A DNA stretch of 64,000 nt. Origin: an uncultured Clostridia bacterium. GTDB taxonomy: Bacteria; Acidobacteriota; Blastocatellia; HR10. Where the stretch lies: positions 642 to 64,641 of the forward strand of contig CAZTMT010000001.1 in NCBI GenBank assembly GCA_964615335.1. The letters are read 5' to 3'. A program made the position numbers and the translations under genes. Position 1 is the stretch's first letter. Each line of letters starts with the position of its first letter. This document shows positions 49,174 through 59,446 of this stretch, piece after piece. Below the pieces are notes generated by a model. That model saw only the letters and a program-made list of their open reading frames with translations, was not told the origin of the DNA and did no database searches.

Positions 49174-50025
49174 TTATGCGCGCGGAGCCAGCTCGAGCAA
49201 GCGCCGGATGCGCTCGCGAATCGGCGGATGCGTGCTGAAGAGGCTGAAGATCGCTTCGCCGCTCAGCGGGTTGAGGATCATCATATGCGCCGTGGCCGGA
49301 TTGGCTTCGAGCATGGGGATGCGCGCAACACCGCGTTCGAGCTTCTCCAGGGCTCGGGCCAGTCCGTAGGGATTTCCGGCGATCTCAGCCCCTGTGGCAT
49401 CGGCCTGAAACTCGCGCGCGCGAGAGAGAGCCATCTGGATGAGAAGAGCGGCCAGCGGAGCCAGAAGGAAGAAGAGCAGAGCCGCGATACCCCGCAGGGG
49501 ATTCTCGCGTTCATCGCGCCCTGCGCCTCCCAAGAACAGGCCCAGCCGCGCCAGCAGCATGATCGCTCCCGCAATGGTCGCGGCGACTGACTGGATGAGA
49601 ATATCGCGGTTCTTCACATGGGCCAGCTCATGGGCGAGCACGCCCTCCAGCTCCTCCCGGTTCAGCATCTGCAGCAGCCCCTCTGTGACGGCCACCGCCG
49701 CATGATCCGGATCGCGCCCCGTCGCAAAGGCGTTCGGCGAGAGGCTGGGGATGAGATAGAGCCGGGGCATCGGCAACTGCGCCCGCGCCGCGAGCCGGCG
49801 GACGATCTCATAAAGCTCCGGCGCCTCGGCCTCGCTCACCGGACGCGCTCCGTAACTGGCCAGCGCGATCTTGTCCGAGAAGTAATAGGCGCCGAAGTTC
49901 ATGAGAGCGGCGAAGAAGAAGGCCGCGATCAGCCCGCTCCGTCCGCCGATCAACTCGCCGGCCAGAAGAAAGAAGATCGTGAGCACCGTCAGAAGCAAGA
50001 CCGTGCGCACCGTGTTTCCTCTCAT
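49174..50025 (-). CDS. htpX: Zinc metalloprotease HtpX (M48 family)
   Basis: Two N-terminal TM segments and the HELAHV zinc motif. Confidence 0.85.
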   Translation of the reverse strand: MRGNTVRTVLLLTVLTIFFLLAGELIGGRSGLIAAFFFAALMNFGAYYFSDKIALASYGARPVSEAEAPELYEIVRRLAARAQLPMPRLYLIPSLSPNAFATGRDPDHAAVAVTEGLLQMLNREELEGVLAHELAHVKNRDILIQSVAATIAGAIMLLARLGLFLGGAGRDERENPLRGIAALLFFLLAPLAALLIQMALSRAREFQADATGAEIAGNPYGLARALEKLERGVARIPMLEANPATAHMMILNPLSGEAIFSLFSTHPPIRERIRRLLELAPRA

Positions 50026-50168
50026 CGCCTCACCTCCGCATCGAACGTTCCATTACATAAGTATGGCCTCGGGGAGACGAAAATTCAACTCTCCCGCTTG
50101 ACGAGGATCGGACTCCCAAGCAAAATCACACTGAACCGACGCGGGACCCAAGAAAGCGCGGTGCGACA

Positions 50169-50519
50169 ATGACAATGCAGGACGGCGGAACGATGAGGAG
50201 AAGGCGAACACCGCTTGTGGAGGCGATCGTCGGGCTCCCGTTCTACACGCCCGAAGAGTTCCGAAAGCAGTTGCAGTATGCTGATGACGATCTCGGTTAC
50301 GAGAGCTATGACCAGTGGGCTCGGGCGCACGCGCAGTTGAAGCAAAGGCTGCAAGAGTTGGGGATCACGGTGATCGAAGTCCCCGTCAATGTGGCCGAGA
50401 TGCAGCAGTATTTTCTCGAGCATGGGCTCAGAAACGACGCTGCGAACCGAAGCCAATATGTCGCTCGGAAACTCTTCGAGCAGCGGGAGGCCGCGCCGCT
50501 TCACGAAAAACTCGCCTGA
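50169..50519 (+). CDS. Small hypothetical protein (116 aa)
   Basis: Non-repetitive ORF with a charged, helical-looking composition (…EEFRKQLQYADDDLGYESYDQWARAHAQLKQRLQELGITVIEV…), directly upstream of the PurM-like gene. Confidence 0.4.
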   Translation: MTMQDGGTMRRRRTPLVEAIVGLPFYTPEEFRKQLQYADDDLGYESYDQWARAHAQLKQRLQELGITVIEVPVNVAEMQQYFLEHGLRNDAANRSQYVARKLFEQREAAPLHEKLA

Positions 50520-50580
50520 GAGCCAGCGATCCGAGGAGGTCTCCTTTTCGGGAGCGGCCGCGCCGCGGCGCGTCTTCCCC

Positions 50581-51579
50581 GTGGGAAAGCTTCCCCCGGA
50601 CGTCCTCGAGCGCGCGCTCTCGAAAATATCGAGCGAGGACGATCGGGTGTGCATCGGGCCGCGGCTGGGCGAGGACGCCGCAGTCATCGCCTTCGGGGAG
50701 ACCTATCTCATCGCCAAGACCGACCCCATCACATTCGCTACCGAACGCATCGGCTGGTACGCCGTCCATATCAATGCCAACGATGTGGCCGTCATGGGGG
50801 CGCGTCCCCGCTGGTTCCTCGCTACACTGCTTCTGCCCGAAGGCCGGACGGATCACGAGCTGGTGGATCAGATCTTCGATGACCTGGTGAGCGCATGTCA
50901 CGAACTGGGGATCACGCTCTGCGGCGGACATACGGAGATCACGTCGGGATTGGATCGTCCGGTAGTCGTCGGACATATGCTCGGCGAGGTATCCCCAGAT
51001 CGGCTCGTTGAGAAGAAGATGGAGCCGGGGGATCAGATCCTGTTGACCAAAGGAGTGGCCATCGAGGGGACGGCCATCCTGGCGCGGGAGAAGGCCTCGG
51101 AGCTAGCCTCCGGCTGCGCGGCGCATCTTCTGGAGCGCGCCCAGCGCCTTCTGTTCGATCCGGGCATCAGCGTCGTGCGCGAGGCGCTCCGAGCCGCCGA
51201 GGTCGCCCGCGTCCACGCCATGCATGATCCCACTGAAGGAGGATTGATCGGTGGCCTCTGCGAGTTAGCCGCAGTGGGTCAGGTCGGCCTGCACATTTGG
51301 AAGGAGCGCATTCGCATTTTGCCGGAGACCGAAGCCATCTGCGGGGCTCTTGGACTCGATCCGCTCCGGCTCATCGCCTCGGGAGCGCTTTTGATCGTCG
51401 CGCCTCCTGAAGAATGCTCGAAGATCGTCCAGGCCCTTCAGGAGCAAGGGACCGAAGTCGCCTTGATCGGAGAGGTGCGCCCGAAGACCTATGGCCTCAA
51501 GCTGGAAGCCGAAGGGCGTCTCCTCGATCTGCAGTTTCCCGAGCGAGACGAGATCGCGCGCGTTTTCGAAGGCGCCTGA
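50581..51579 (+). CDS. AIR-synthase-related (PurM-like) protein, HypE/ThiL/SelD superfamily
   Basis: DAAVIAF...AKTDPITF...HINANDVAVMGARP...LCGGHTEITSGLDRP matches the PurM-like N- and C-domains. The start is uncertain; I propose GTG 50581, since the track's upstream Met region is low-complexity overlap. Confidence 0.6.
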   Translation: MGKLPPDVLERALSKISSEDDRVCIGPRLGEDAAVIAFGETYLIAKTDPITFATERIGWYAVHINANDVAVMGARPRWFLATLLLPEGRTDHELVDQIFDDLVSACHELGITLCGGHTEITSGLDRPVVVGHMLGEVSPDRLVEKKMEPGDQILLTKGVAIEGTAILAREKASELASGCAAHLLERAQRLLFDPGISVVREALRAAEVARVHAMHDPTEGGLIGGLCELAAVGQVGLHIWKERIRILPETEAICGALGLDPLRLIASGALLIVAPPEECSKIVQALQEQGTEVALIGEVRPKTYGLKLEAEGRLLDLQFPERDEIARVFEGA

Positions 51580-51621
51580 GAGGAAACGCGACGCGCGATC
51601 CTGATCATGAGGGAGTTTGTG

Positions 51622-52500
51622 ATGCGTCGTCGGTATCAACTCCGCCTGCGCGAGCGCACTCTGGAGCTGGGTTCGCGCACGCTGATCATGGGGGTTCTCA
51701 ACGTGACGCCCGATTCCTTCTCCGACGGGGGAGAATTCTTCTCCCTGGAGCGCGCTCGGGAGCGCGCTCTGGAGATCGAGGCCGAGGGAGCCGATATTCT
51801 GGACATCGGAGGAGAATCCACGCGCCCGGGGGCTCAGCCCGTCCCCCTGGAGGAGGAACGGCGCCGGGTGCTTCCGGTGATCGAGCACCTTCAGGGTCGC
51901 CTGCGGATCCCGATCTCTGTGGATACGACAAAATACGACGTCGCGCGCGCAGCGCTTGAAGCCGGAGCCGCTATGATCAACGACGTCAGCGGACTCCGTC
52001 GCGATGCCCGTCTGGCCGATCTGGCGGCCGAGTTCGGCGCTGCTCTGGTCATCATGCACTCGCGCGGGACGCCCGACATCATGCAGCAGCTTCCGCCCAG
52101 CCCCGATATCCTGCGGGAGATTCGGGACCATTTCGCCTGGGCTCTGAATCTGGCCCACGCACGCGGGGTGGCTCTGGAGCAGATTGTGCTGGATCCCGGA
52201 CTGGGCTTCGGCAAGACGTTCGAAGATAACCTCCTCATTTTGAACCGACTCGACAGCTTCGCCCCGTTCGGATGCCCTCTTCTCGTTGGCCCCTCGCGCA
52301 AGTCCTTCATCGGTCACATCACCGGCAAGCCGCCGCGCGAGCGGGTTTTCGGCACAGCCGCTGCCGTCGTCGCGGCGATCTTTCGAGGAGCCCATATCAT
52401 TCGGGTCCACGACGTGGGCCCCATGCGCGATGTTATCCGCGTCGCCGACACCATCCTGCAGCAGAACGAGTCAGAGATCACACATGGGCCGAGCCCATGA
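51622..52500 (+). CDS. folP: Dihydropteroate synthase FolP
   Basis: IMGVLNVTPDSFSDGG, DIGGESTRPG, DTTKYDVARAALEAGAAMINDVSG and GPSRKSF pterin-binding motifs. Confidence 0.85.
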   Translation: MRRRYQLRLRERTLELGSRTLIMGVLNVTPDSFSDGGEFFSLERARERALEIEAEGADILDIGGESTRPGAQPVPLEEERRRVLPVIEHLQGRLRIPISVDTTKYDVARAALEAGAAMINDVSGLRRDARLADLAAEFGAALVIMHSRGTPDIMQQLPPSPDILREIRDHFAWALNLAHARGVALEQIVLDPGLGFGKTFEDNLLILNRLDSFAPFGCPLLVGPSRKSFIGHITGKPPRERVFGTAAAVVAAIFRGAHIIRVHDVGPMRDVIRVADTILQQNESEITHGPSP

Positions 52501-52632
52501 GGCCGTGATCCAGCGATGAGGGCGGAAGGCGTCGTGGCTGTAGCGGGATAGGAGCCGCTTTCTGCTCACTTCCTCCTGGGTAGGATCTTCGCGCGCTATG
52601 TCCCAGTATGACCAGTTACAAAGAGAGCATTA

Positions 52633-52715
52633 GTACGGGCGGGTGCGTTTGGACGCCCGGTGGGTGGATTGGAGGTAAAGGAGGATGGGGCATGTTAGGA
52701 GGTACCCGCCCGTAC
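52633..52715. other. Structured element: perfect 11-bp inverted repeat (GTACGGGCGGG / CCCGCCCGTAC) enclosing a 61-nt G-rich loop with multiple GGAGG/GGG runs and an inner GCGT-TTGG-ACGC hairpin
   Basis: Read directly from 52631-52720. It lies in a lower-GC, poorly coding ~1.4-kb stretch after folP. Confidence 0.5.
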
Positions 52716-53989
52716 GATTCGCAGTCAGGGTGGAGCTCAGGATAAGGGGCTGAGATATAAGGCCAAAGTGAGACGCCTGCTCGTCACGAGGCTCCTCACA
52801 GAGTCGCGCGCACCTGTCGTCCCTTCGGGAAGGTGCGAAGAAAAATGGCCCTGCCATCGGCTGCCCCATGAGCCCGTGCGTGCCGCTTGCCAGAGAATAT
52901 CGCACCGCTGCTTCTGCCTGTGCTCCCAGTACGATCACTCGCTCCCGCTTCGGCCCCTTCACTCCATCGCCTTCGCCCACAAGGTGAGCCGCACCGTCAA
53001 CAAGAGAGCGAACTCTCGCAGGAGCTTCTGCTTGGACGTGAACGATAGCAGGGCCAATCTTGGTGGAGAAAGGATGCCGCAGCTCGGCCCGCCTTCGGTC
53101 CGCTTCTGCTGCCACGGGAATGCGCGCCTGAGCCCTGTGGTCCAGACGAACACGGAGATCCGATGTAACTCCTGCATGATCAGTCGCTTCCGCTTGATCA
53201 CCTGTGAGAGCAAAACGGACGTGTCGCCAGCGCTCGAACTCCCACCTGATCCCGTGCGCACGCATGAGCTTCTGATGAGCTTTCTCACGCTCTGGAACCG
53301 GCGCAGGATCTGTCGAATCGGACAAAGCTGCGGCAATCTTGCTCGGCTCTTCCAGAGGCGGCCATGGGGAGCCTCTCCAAAACCCGGATTCCCGGCCCAA
53401 AGCCCATGTCCTGCGTCTGTGCTCGATCTGCCTCATTCTGCGCCTCCGGACAAGCCGCCCGACGATCTCTCTCGCCAGCTCGCCGCCTCAAAGAGCACCT
53501 CGCTGACGGTCGCGCATGTTATACCATGAGTCCCGTGAAAAGTCAAGGAAAAAGTTCAAGTAATTTCTCAACCGATCTGGACTAAGACTTAGCGAATTAA
53601 AGACTAAAAAGTGGGGGCCATACGGGCGAGCGGCTAACTCGTCACGGCTCTATGTCTTAACGAGCCTCGCAGTCCATTTTAAGTGACCCGGACAAGGGGC
53701 CTCGGCAAGGTTTTTCTCCGTAATCTGGCGTGCCCAGAGGCCGGACTATGGGATTAGTTGGGCGTCCGCCCTGGGGGACTCCATAGAGACCCTCGGAAGA
53801 GAGCGACAGAAAATAGCCTAGGGTGGAGCGAAGCGGAACCCCAGGAAACGGGGTCCCCAATTATCCTCGAGCCCGCGCCAGCGGGCGGCACATCGGGTCA
53901 GGAGCCTGACGAATTGAAGGAGGCCATTCGTGTATCCCCCGATGTCGTAACCTGGCGTTCATGAACCAGACCCGCTGGGTGGCCGTCCG

Positions 53990-54330
53990 ATGTGTCGCCC
54001 CCTTCGGGGGCTCGTGGAGAAATTTTGGGGCCTCACGTTTCCTTACGCCCTAGGCTATTCTCTGTCGCCCACTTCGTGGGCTCTATGCGGAATGCCTCGT
54101 TCTCCAAATGGGCTCGCGCCCCAGGCTATTTTCTGTCGCCCCCTTCGGGGGCTTTTTGTGGAAAATGTGTCGTTCCGCAAATTGGGCTCGCGCCCCGGGC
54201 TATTCTCTGTCGCCAGCTCGCGCGAGCTCTGTGCGGAAATGTATCGTTCTCCCGATGGAGCTCGCGCCCCGGGCTCCTGCCGCCGCAGGTGTAGGCTTTT
54301 TGTGGAACGCTGTCGGTCCCGATCTTCTCG
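53990..54330. repeat. Tandem array of about five ~73-bp structured repeats (UUCG-tetraloop hairpins, GGGC-TCGC-GCCC hairpin); not CRISPR
   Basis: Units end ...GGGCTCGCGCCCC(A/G)GGCTATTCTCTGTCGCC, then a variable hairpin (CCCTTCGGGGGC, CACTTCGTGGGC, or AGCTCGCGCGAGCT), then TGYGGAA(A)TG..TCGTTCYSC.. . The stem changes are compensatory. The array lies just 3' of the FG-GAP gene. Confidence 0.7.
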
Positions 54331-54463
54331 GCGCACGCTCATGGAGACTGCCTTCTGTCCGATAAGGAACGGTCTCTATCAAGTCCCAGGAGGTCCTGTG
54401 AGGGGGCCTTGTCTTTTGGCCTATTTGCTCGGCTTCACACAGACGACCGATCTCGAGCAGCTC

Positions 54464-55792
54464 TCAACCCCCGATTCCTCCAAGATAAAGAAGCACGCGA
54501 CCGGCCCTTCGCGCGAGGCCCGGAGCCCCCACGGCGAGATCGGGTTTTCCATCCCTGTTGAAATCTCCGATGGCCAGAGCTGTCCCGAACTCTCCGCCTG
54601 TCTCAGGAGTCGGGGGATCAAGAGTCGCAGTGGGAGTGGGCCCGATAGTGTCGCCTCCAGAGTAGATGTACACTCGTCCGGCCCGTGACCGGCCTCCGAC
54701 AGAAGCTCCGATGGCTCCTATAGCGAGGTCGTTTTTGCCATCTCCGTTGAGGTCTCCTGTGGCCAGGGCATATCCGAATGCGGAACCCGCCTGAGGCGCG
54801 GGCTCTTCGAGTGTGAGATCGGGGGTATCCCTTAAAGTCGGTCCGCCAAAGAAGATGTAGACTCGGCCTGTCCGGGACGCTTCCGACGTGTTGGGTGACC
54901 CTACGATGAGATCCGCATATCCGTCGCCGTTGAGATCGGCTACGGCTAAGGAAGAAGCGAATGCCGGATTCTCCGGATCCGTTGAACCAACCGCAGGATG
55001 AGGGTTTTGCAAGACGAAATCGGGACGGCTGCTGAGCTGTTTTCTCCCCAGGAACACGTACACCGCTCCCGCTCCGGTTGATCCTCCAAATGGAGCGCCA
55101 ATCGCGATATCGGCCAGTCCGTCTTTGTTCAAATCGCCTGCTGCGACGGCAAAGCCATAGTACTCTTCGTCGATATTCCCTCTGAGGGTCGTTCGTCGGG
55201 CTCCGATCGTATTTCCTCCGTACAGGATGACGACGGCATCTAAGAACCAGGCTCCGACGATCAGGTCGCTCCTTCCATCCCCATCGACATCCCCGTTGGC
55301 GAGAGCACCCCCAAAATAACCTCCCACGAACTCCTCTGGAGGAAGCGGGCTTCGGATGGTCACTGAGCTCCTCCCGAAGTTCTGGGCACCCAGATAGATG
55401 ATGACCTGTCCATCGAAGGAGGAGTCTTCGCTATTGCTCGCCCCTGGGGCTCCGATAGCCAGGTCGGTGCGACCATCCCGGTTCCAGTCTCCGGAAGCGA
55501 GCGCGATCCCGAAGTCGATCCCCGTCTCGCGCGTGGAGAGAGTGACGTTGGGCGTCGGCTGAAGTGTCGTGCGCCCGTAGAAGATGAAGACTCGTTCGTT
55601 GGTATTGGAAACGGCCAGGTCCATGCCCCCATCATTGTTGAAGTCCCCAGCAGCCATGGCCGAGCCAAAAGCTGCATCAGCCTGCGGGCGCGATTCGGTC
55701 AAAATCAGAGGTGACGGTTGAGGAGACTGAGGGAAGGCGAGGCCTCCGATCAGAAGAAGTCCTGCGACGTAGGAGAGAGCCGCTCTTCTCAT
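54464..55792 (-). CDS. Secreted FG-GAP / integrin-alpha beta-propeller repeat protein
   Basis: Signal peptide MRRAALSYVAGLLLIGGLAFP, then 7 or more repeats of the FG..A.GD.N.DG..DL..GAP type (FGSAMAAGDFNNDGGMDLAV, FGIALASGDWNRDGRTDLAIGAP ...). The 5' ~285 codons of the track ORF are an antisense read-through of aspA and are rejected. Confidence 0.7.
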   Translation of the reverse strand: MRRAALSYVAGLLLIGGLAFPQSPQPSPLILTESRPQADAAFGSAMAAGDFNNDGGMDLAVSNTNERVFIFYGRTTLQPTPNVTLSTRETGIDFGIALASGDWNRDGRTDLAIGAPGASNSEDSSFDGQVIIYLGAQNFGRSSVTIRSPLPPEEFVGGYFGGALANGDVDGDGRSDLIVGAWFLDAVVILYGGNTIGARRTTLRGNIDEEYYGFAVAAGDLNKDGLADIAIGAPFGGSTGAGAVYVFLGRKQLSSRPDFVLQNPHPAVGSTDPENPAFASSLAVADLNGDGYADLIVGSPNTSEASRTGRVYIFFGGPTLRDTPDLTLEEPAPQAGSAFGYALATGDLNGDGKNDLAIGAIGASVGGRSRAGRVYIYSGGDTIGPTPTATLDPPTPETGGEFGTALAIGDFNRDGKPDLAVGAPGLARRAGRVLLYLGGIGG

Positions 55793-56026
55793 GCTACTCC
55801 TCCGGCAGCGGAGTTTTCGTGTAGCCTGAGGGCCTTCGGGTGGAGAGGGGGAGCTGCCCTGTGCGCTCCCGATTCTTGCGATCTTCTGGAATGCTGGAAC
55901 ACGGTTCCTTTTTACCCCATCTTCCGAGCCATGGCAAGGGAAATCTTGTAAGGGCGCTCTCGCTTCTGAAGGAGCTGGCTTTTTTCCCCAAGATGTGCTG
56001 CAGTAATGGAGAGGGATGGGAGCACT

Positions 56027-57418
56027 ATGAGGATCGAGAGAGACAGCTTGGGTGAGAAGGCTGTTCCCGATGAGGCGTATTACGGGATTCAGACGGTGCG
56101 CGCTGTGGAGAACTATCCGATCAGCGGCTGGCGTCCCTTTCCCGAGCTTGTGCGCGCGATCGTGCGCGTCAAAAAGTGCGCGGCGCGCGTCAATGCGGAG
56201 CTGGGGCTTCTGGAGGAAAATCTGGCGCGCGCGATCATCGCCGCGGCCGATGAGGTGCTCTCGGGTCGGCTTCTGGATCAGTTCGTTGTGGACGTCTTCC
56301 ATTCGGGAGCGGGCGTTTCTTTCCACATGAACGTGAACGAGGTGTTGGCGAATCGCGCCAATGAGATCCTCGGGGGGCAGCGCGGGGTGTACTCTCCGGT
56401 GCATCCGAACGATCATGTGAATCGGGGGCAATCCACCAATGACGTCATCCCGACGGCGATGCGCCTGGCCATGCTGGAGGCGGCGCGGCCCTTGCGAGAG
56501 AGTCTGGAAGGCCTTGTGCGCGCGTGGCGTCAGAAGGGCCAGGAGTTCGATGATGTTCTCAAGTGCGGGCGCACGCATCTTCAGGATGCTGTTCCCGTCC
56601 GCCTGGGACAAGAATTTCAGGCCTACGCGCAGATCATCGAGGAACACAGACGACGCCTGGAGCAGGGGCTCGCGGAATTACGCGTGCTCGGTATCGGCGG
56701 GACAGCCGTCGGAACGGGATTGAATGCGCATCCGGCCTTTCGGTTTCGCGTCGTCGAGGAGCTCAGGCAGGAGACGGGGGAAGATCTCGTGCCGGCCCGG
56801 GATCTGATGGCCGCCATGCAGAGCATGGCTCCTTTTGTCGCCGTCTCCGGAGCGATGAAGAACCTCGCGCTGGATCTCATCAAGATCTGCGATGATCTGC
56901 GCTTGATGAGTTCGGGTCCGCTCACGGGCTTAGGCGAGATCGAGCTGCCGGCTCTTCAGCCAGGATCTTCGATCATGCCGGGTAAGGTCAATCCCGTCAT
57001 GCCGGAGATGCTCACGATGGTTTGCTTTCAGGTCATCGGCAACGACATGACGATCTCTCTGGCGGCGGCTCACGGGGAATTGGAGCTGAACGTCATGATG
57101 CCTGTGATCGCTTTCGATCTCCTCCTGTCGGCGAGAATCCTCGCCAACGCCCTGCGCGTCTTCACCGAGCGCGCCGTCGTGGGGATCCGGGCTCAGGTCG
57201 CGCGGTGTCGCGGCTATGCCGAGAGCAGTCCCGCTCTGGTCACGGCGCTCACGCCTTATATCGGATATGCGCGCGCGGCCGAAGTGGTGCGCGAAGCTCT
57301 CGCCACGCGACGGACCATTCGGGAGATCGTCCGGGAGAAAGGCTGGATGAGCGAAGCCGAGCTGGAGCGCGCGCTGGACATCGAGGCGATGACTCGGGGA
57401 GGACTTCTCATCGGCTGA
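56027..57418 (+). CDS. aspA: Aspartate ammonia-lyase (class II fumarase/aspartase family)
   Basis: GSSIMPGKVNP signature, NDHVNRGQSTNDVIPTA, and an N-terminus ...SLGEKAVPDEAYYGIQTVRAVENY that aligns to AspA. Confidence 0.8.
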   Translation: MRIERDSLGEKAVPDEAYYGIQTVRAVENYPISGWRPFPELVRAIVRVKKCAARVNAELGLLEENLARAIIAAADEVLSGRLLDQFVVDVFHSGAGVSFHMNVNEVLANRANEILGGQRGVYSPVHPNDHVNRGQSTNDVIPTAMRLAMLEAARPLRESLEGLVRAWRQKGQEFDDVLKCGRTHLQDAVPVRLGQEFQAYAQIIEEHRRRLEQGLAELRVLGIGGTAVGTGLNAHPAFRFRVVEELRQETGEDLVPARDLMAAMQSMAPFVAVSGAMKNLALDLIKICDDLRLMSSGPLTGLGEIELPALQPGSSIMPGKVNPVMPEMLTMVCFQVIGNDMTISLAAAHGELELNVMMPVIAFDLLLSARILANALRVFTERAVVGIRAQVARCRGYAESSPALVTALTPYIGYARAAEVVREALATRRTIREIVREKGWMSEAELERALDIEAMTRGGLLIG

Positions 57419-57434
57419 GCGCGGCCTCGACGAG

Positions 57435-58973
57435 TCAGCGTTCCGGCCGCATGTGGGGGAAGAGGATGACGTCGCGGATCGAGCGCTGATCGGTCAGAAG
57501 CATCACGAGCCGATCAATGCCGATCCCTTCGCCGGCTGTGGGGGGCATCCCGTGGCCGAGCGCGCGAATGTAATCCTCGTCCATGACCATTGCCTCTTCG
57601 TCGCCTCGCTCGCGCAGGCGCATCTGCTGCTCGAATCGGCGATATTGTTCGGCGGGATCGTTCAGCTCGCAGAAGGCGTTGGCGATCTCCAAGCCGCCGA
57701 TGTACAGCTCGAAGCGATGGACGATCGTCGGGTCCTCCTCGCTCTGCTTGGCCAGAGGGCTCAGCTCGGTGGGGTATCCGAGGATGAACGTCGGCTGGAT
57801 GAGCTTCTCCTCGGCCACCTGTTCGAAGAGCTTCCCGAGCGCTTGTGCCGGAGTCCAGTGCGGATCGCTTCGTCCGCCGAGGGCTTCCAGGAGAGCGTGC
57901 ACTTTCTCAGGGGCATCCAGATCTTCCCGCGTCGGTCGCGAGGCCGCGTCGGGCCAATAAAGGAGGATCGCCTCTTTGAGCGTCAGGCGCCGCCACGGAC
58001 GCGTGAGATCAATCCGGTGCCCGGCGTATTCGATGACGAGCGATCCGCAGACCGTGCGCGCCAGATGGGTGATCAACTCCTCGGTCAGCTCCATGAGGTC
58101 GTGGTAATCGCTATAGGCTTCGTAGAATTCGAGCATGGTGAATTCGGGATTGTGCTTGGTGGAGAGCCCTTCGTTCCGGAAGTTCCGATTCAGCTCGTAG
58201 ACCTTCTCGAACCCTCCGACGACGAGCCGCTTCAGATACAGCTCGGGTGCGATGCGCGCGTAGAGGTCCATATCGAGGGCGTTGTGGTGGGTGACGAAGG
58301 GGCGCGCGGCCGCTCCGGTCGCCAGGGGGGTCAGCATCGGCGTCTCCACCTCGATGTATCCGCGTTCGTCGAAGAAGCGTCGGATCTCGCGAATGATCTG
58401 GGCGCGTCGGACGAAGACCTCGCGCGTCTTGCGATTCGCCATGAGATCGAGATAGCGTTGCCGATAGCGCGTCTCGATGTCCTGCAGGCCGTGCCACTTC
58501 TCCGGAGGGGGCAGCAGCGCCTTGGCCAGGAAAAAGAGGTTCTGGACGTGGACGCTCAGCTCCCCCGTGCGCGTCACGAAAAGATACCCCTGGACGCCGA
58601 TGAAGTCGCCCAGATCCAGATGCTGAAAGAGCTGCCACTCCCGCGGGCTCACCTCGTTGCTCCGAATGTAAATCTGGAGCCGTTCGGCTCCGTCCGAGAG
58701 GTGCGCGAAGGCCGCTCGTCCCATCACGCGCATCGTCCAGATGCGTCCAGCGGTGCGCACGGCCACGCGCCGGAGTTCCTCGTTTATGCGCTCCAGCTCC
58801 TCGGGCGGTCGTGCGCCCGCGCGCGCGCCATAGGTGCACACGATCTCGGTGATCGTATGCGTGCGCTCGAATTTATGGGGGTACAGATCGAATCCCAGCT
58901 CGCGGATCGCTTCGAGATTCTTCCGCCGCTGGATGATCAGCTCGTTCTCTTCGCCGAAGATCCCCCTTTTCAT
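57435..58973 (-). CDS. lysS: Lysine--tRNA ligase (class II)
   Basis: OB-fold N-domain plus class II motifs ([21 protein letters not shown]). Confidence 0.9.
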   Translation of the reverse strand: MKRGIFGEENELIIQRRKNLEAIRELGFDLYPHKFERTHTITEIVCTYGARAGARPPEELERINEELRRVAVRTAGRIWTMRVMGRAAFAHLSDGAERLQIYIRSNEVSPREWQLFQHLDLGDFIGVQGYLFVTRTGELSVHVQNLFFLAKALLPPPEKWHGLQDIETRYRQRYLDLMANRKTREVFVRRAQIIREIRRFFDERGYIEVETPMLTPLATGAAARPFVTHHNALDMDLYARIAPELYLKRLVVGGFEKVYELNRNFRNEGLSTKHNPEFTMLEFYEAYSDYHDLMELTEELITHLARTVCGSLVIEYAGHRIDLTRPWRRLTLKEAILLYWPDAASRPTREDLDAPEKVHALLEALGGRSDPHWTPAQALGKLFEQVAEEKLIQPTFILGYPTELSPLAKQSEEDPTIVHRFELYIGGLEIANAFCELNDPAEQYRRFEQQMRLRERGDEEAMVMDEDYIRALGHGMPPTAGEGIGIDRLVMLLTDQRSIRDVILFPHMRPER

Positions 58974-59045
58974 CCAATCTGTGCCTCCCCTTTGCGCGAA
59001 CTTCGATGGTGATGGGATGATGCTACTTGGGGAGAGAGGGCCGGG

Positions 59046-59321
59046 TCAAGCGGGAGGACCGGACTCCTCTTCGATCCACATCCGGAGCGGGAGCGAGAGG
59101 AGCCCATATTTTTCCCGCAGTCGCCGCACGCGATCCGCATACTCGTGCTTGGGGAACTCGCCGGCCCGCCTCTGATCGCGCAAGCGTCGCAGCTCGTAGC
59201 AGTAGAGATCGTTGAGGTGCTCTCGGACCAGCTCCGGAGGCGTCCGAGGCGTCGGAAGCAGTCCGAATTTTTTCAGCTCCTCTTGCACATGGGCTCGATA
59301 GCGAACCATCTCATCTTCCAC
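59046..59321 (-). CDS. Small hypothetical protein (91 aa)
   Basis: Charged helical ORF divergent from ftsY. No recognised domain. Confidence 0.35.
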   Translation of the reverse strand: MEDEMVRYRAHVQEELKKFGLLPTPRTPPELVREHLNDLYCYELRRLRDQRRAGEFPKHEYADRVRRLREKYGLLSLPLRMWIEEESGPPA

Positions 59322-59384
59322 TATAGCATGGCCCGGAGGTCCGGTGCACGCCTTCTTTGCGATGATCGTCTCACTCCGATCGCG

Positions 59385-59413
59385 TTGACCCTCTGTGGGC
59401 GCGATGCTATTTT
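59385..59413 (+). promoter_or_regulatory. Putative sigma70 promoter for ftsY (TTGACC-17 bp-TATTTT)
   Basis: TTGACC at 59385-59390 and TATTTT at 59408-59413, ~35 nt upstream of the ftsY ATG with a GGGGAGAG RBS. Confidence 0.35.
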
Positions 59414-59446
59414 AGCCCTTTTGGAGAACGTCACGGGGAGAGACCT

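Noticed and set aside
52630-53529. 268-aa minus ORF and 253-aa plus ORF in the folP downstream gap
   Set aside because: Cys/Arg-rich low-complexity translations, mutually overlapping, with no family resemblance. They are possibly pseudogene remnants, but there is not enough evidence to call a CDS.
53990-54330. Possible CRISPR array
   Set aside because: Repeats are contiguous ~73-bp units whose variable parts are homologous to each other; there are no unique spacers and no cas genes nearby.
54464-56647. 727-aa version of the FG-GAP protein
   Set aside because: The N-terminal ~285 residues are an antisense read-through of aspA (56027-57418). The real start is the Met followed by a signal peptide at 55792.
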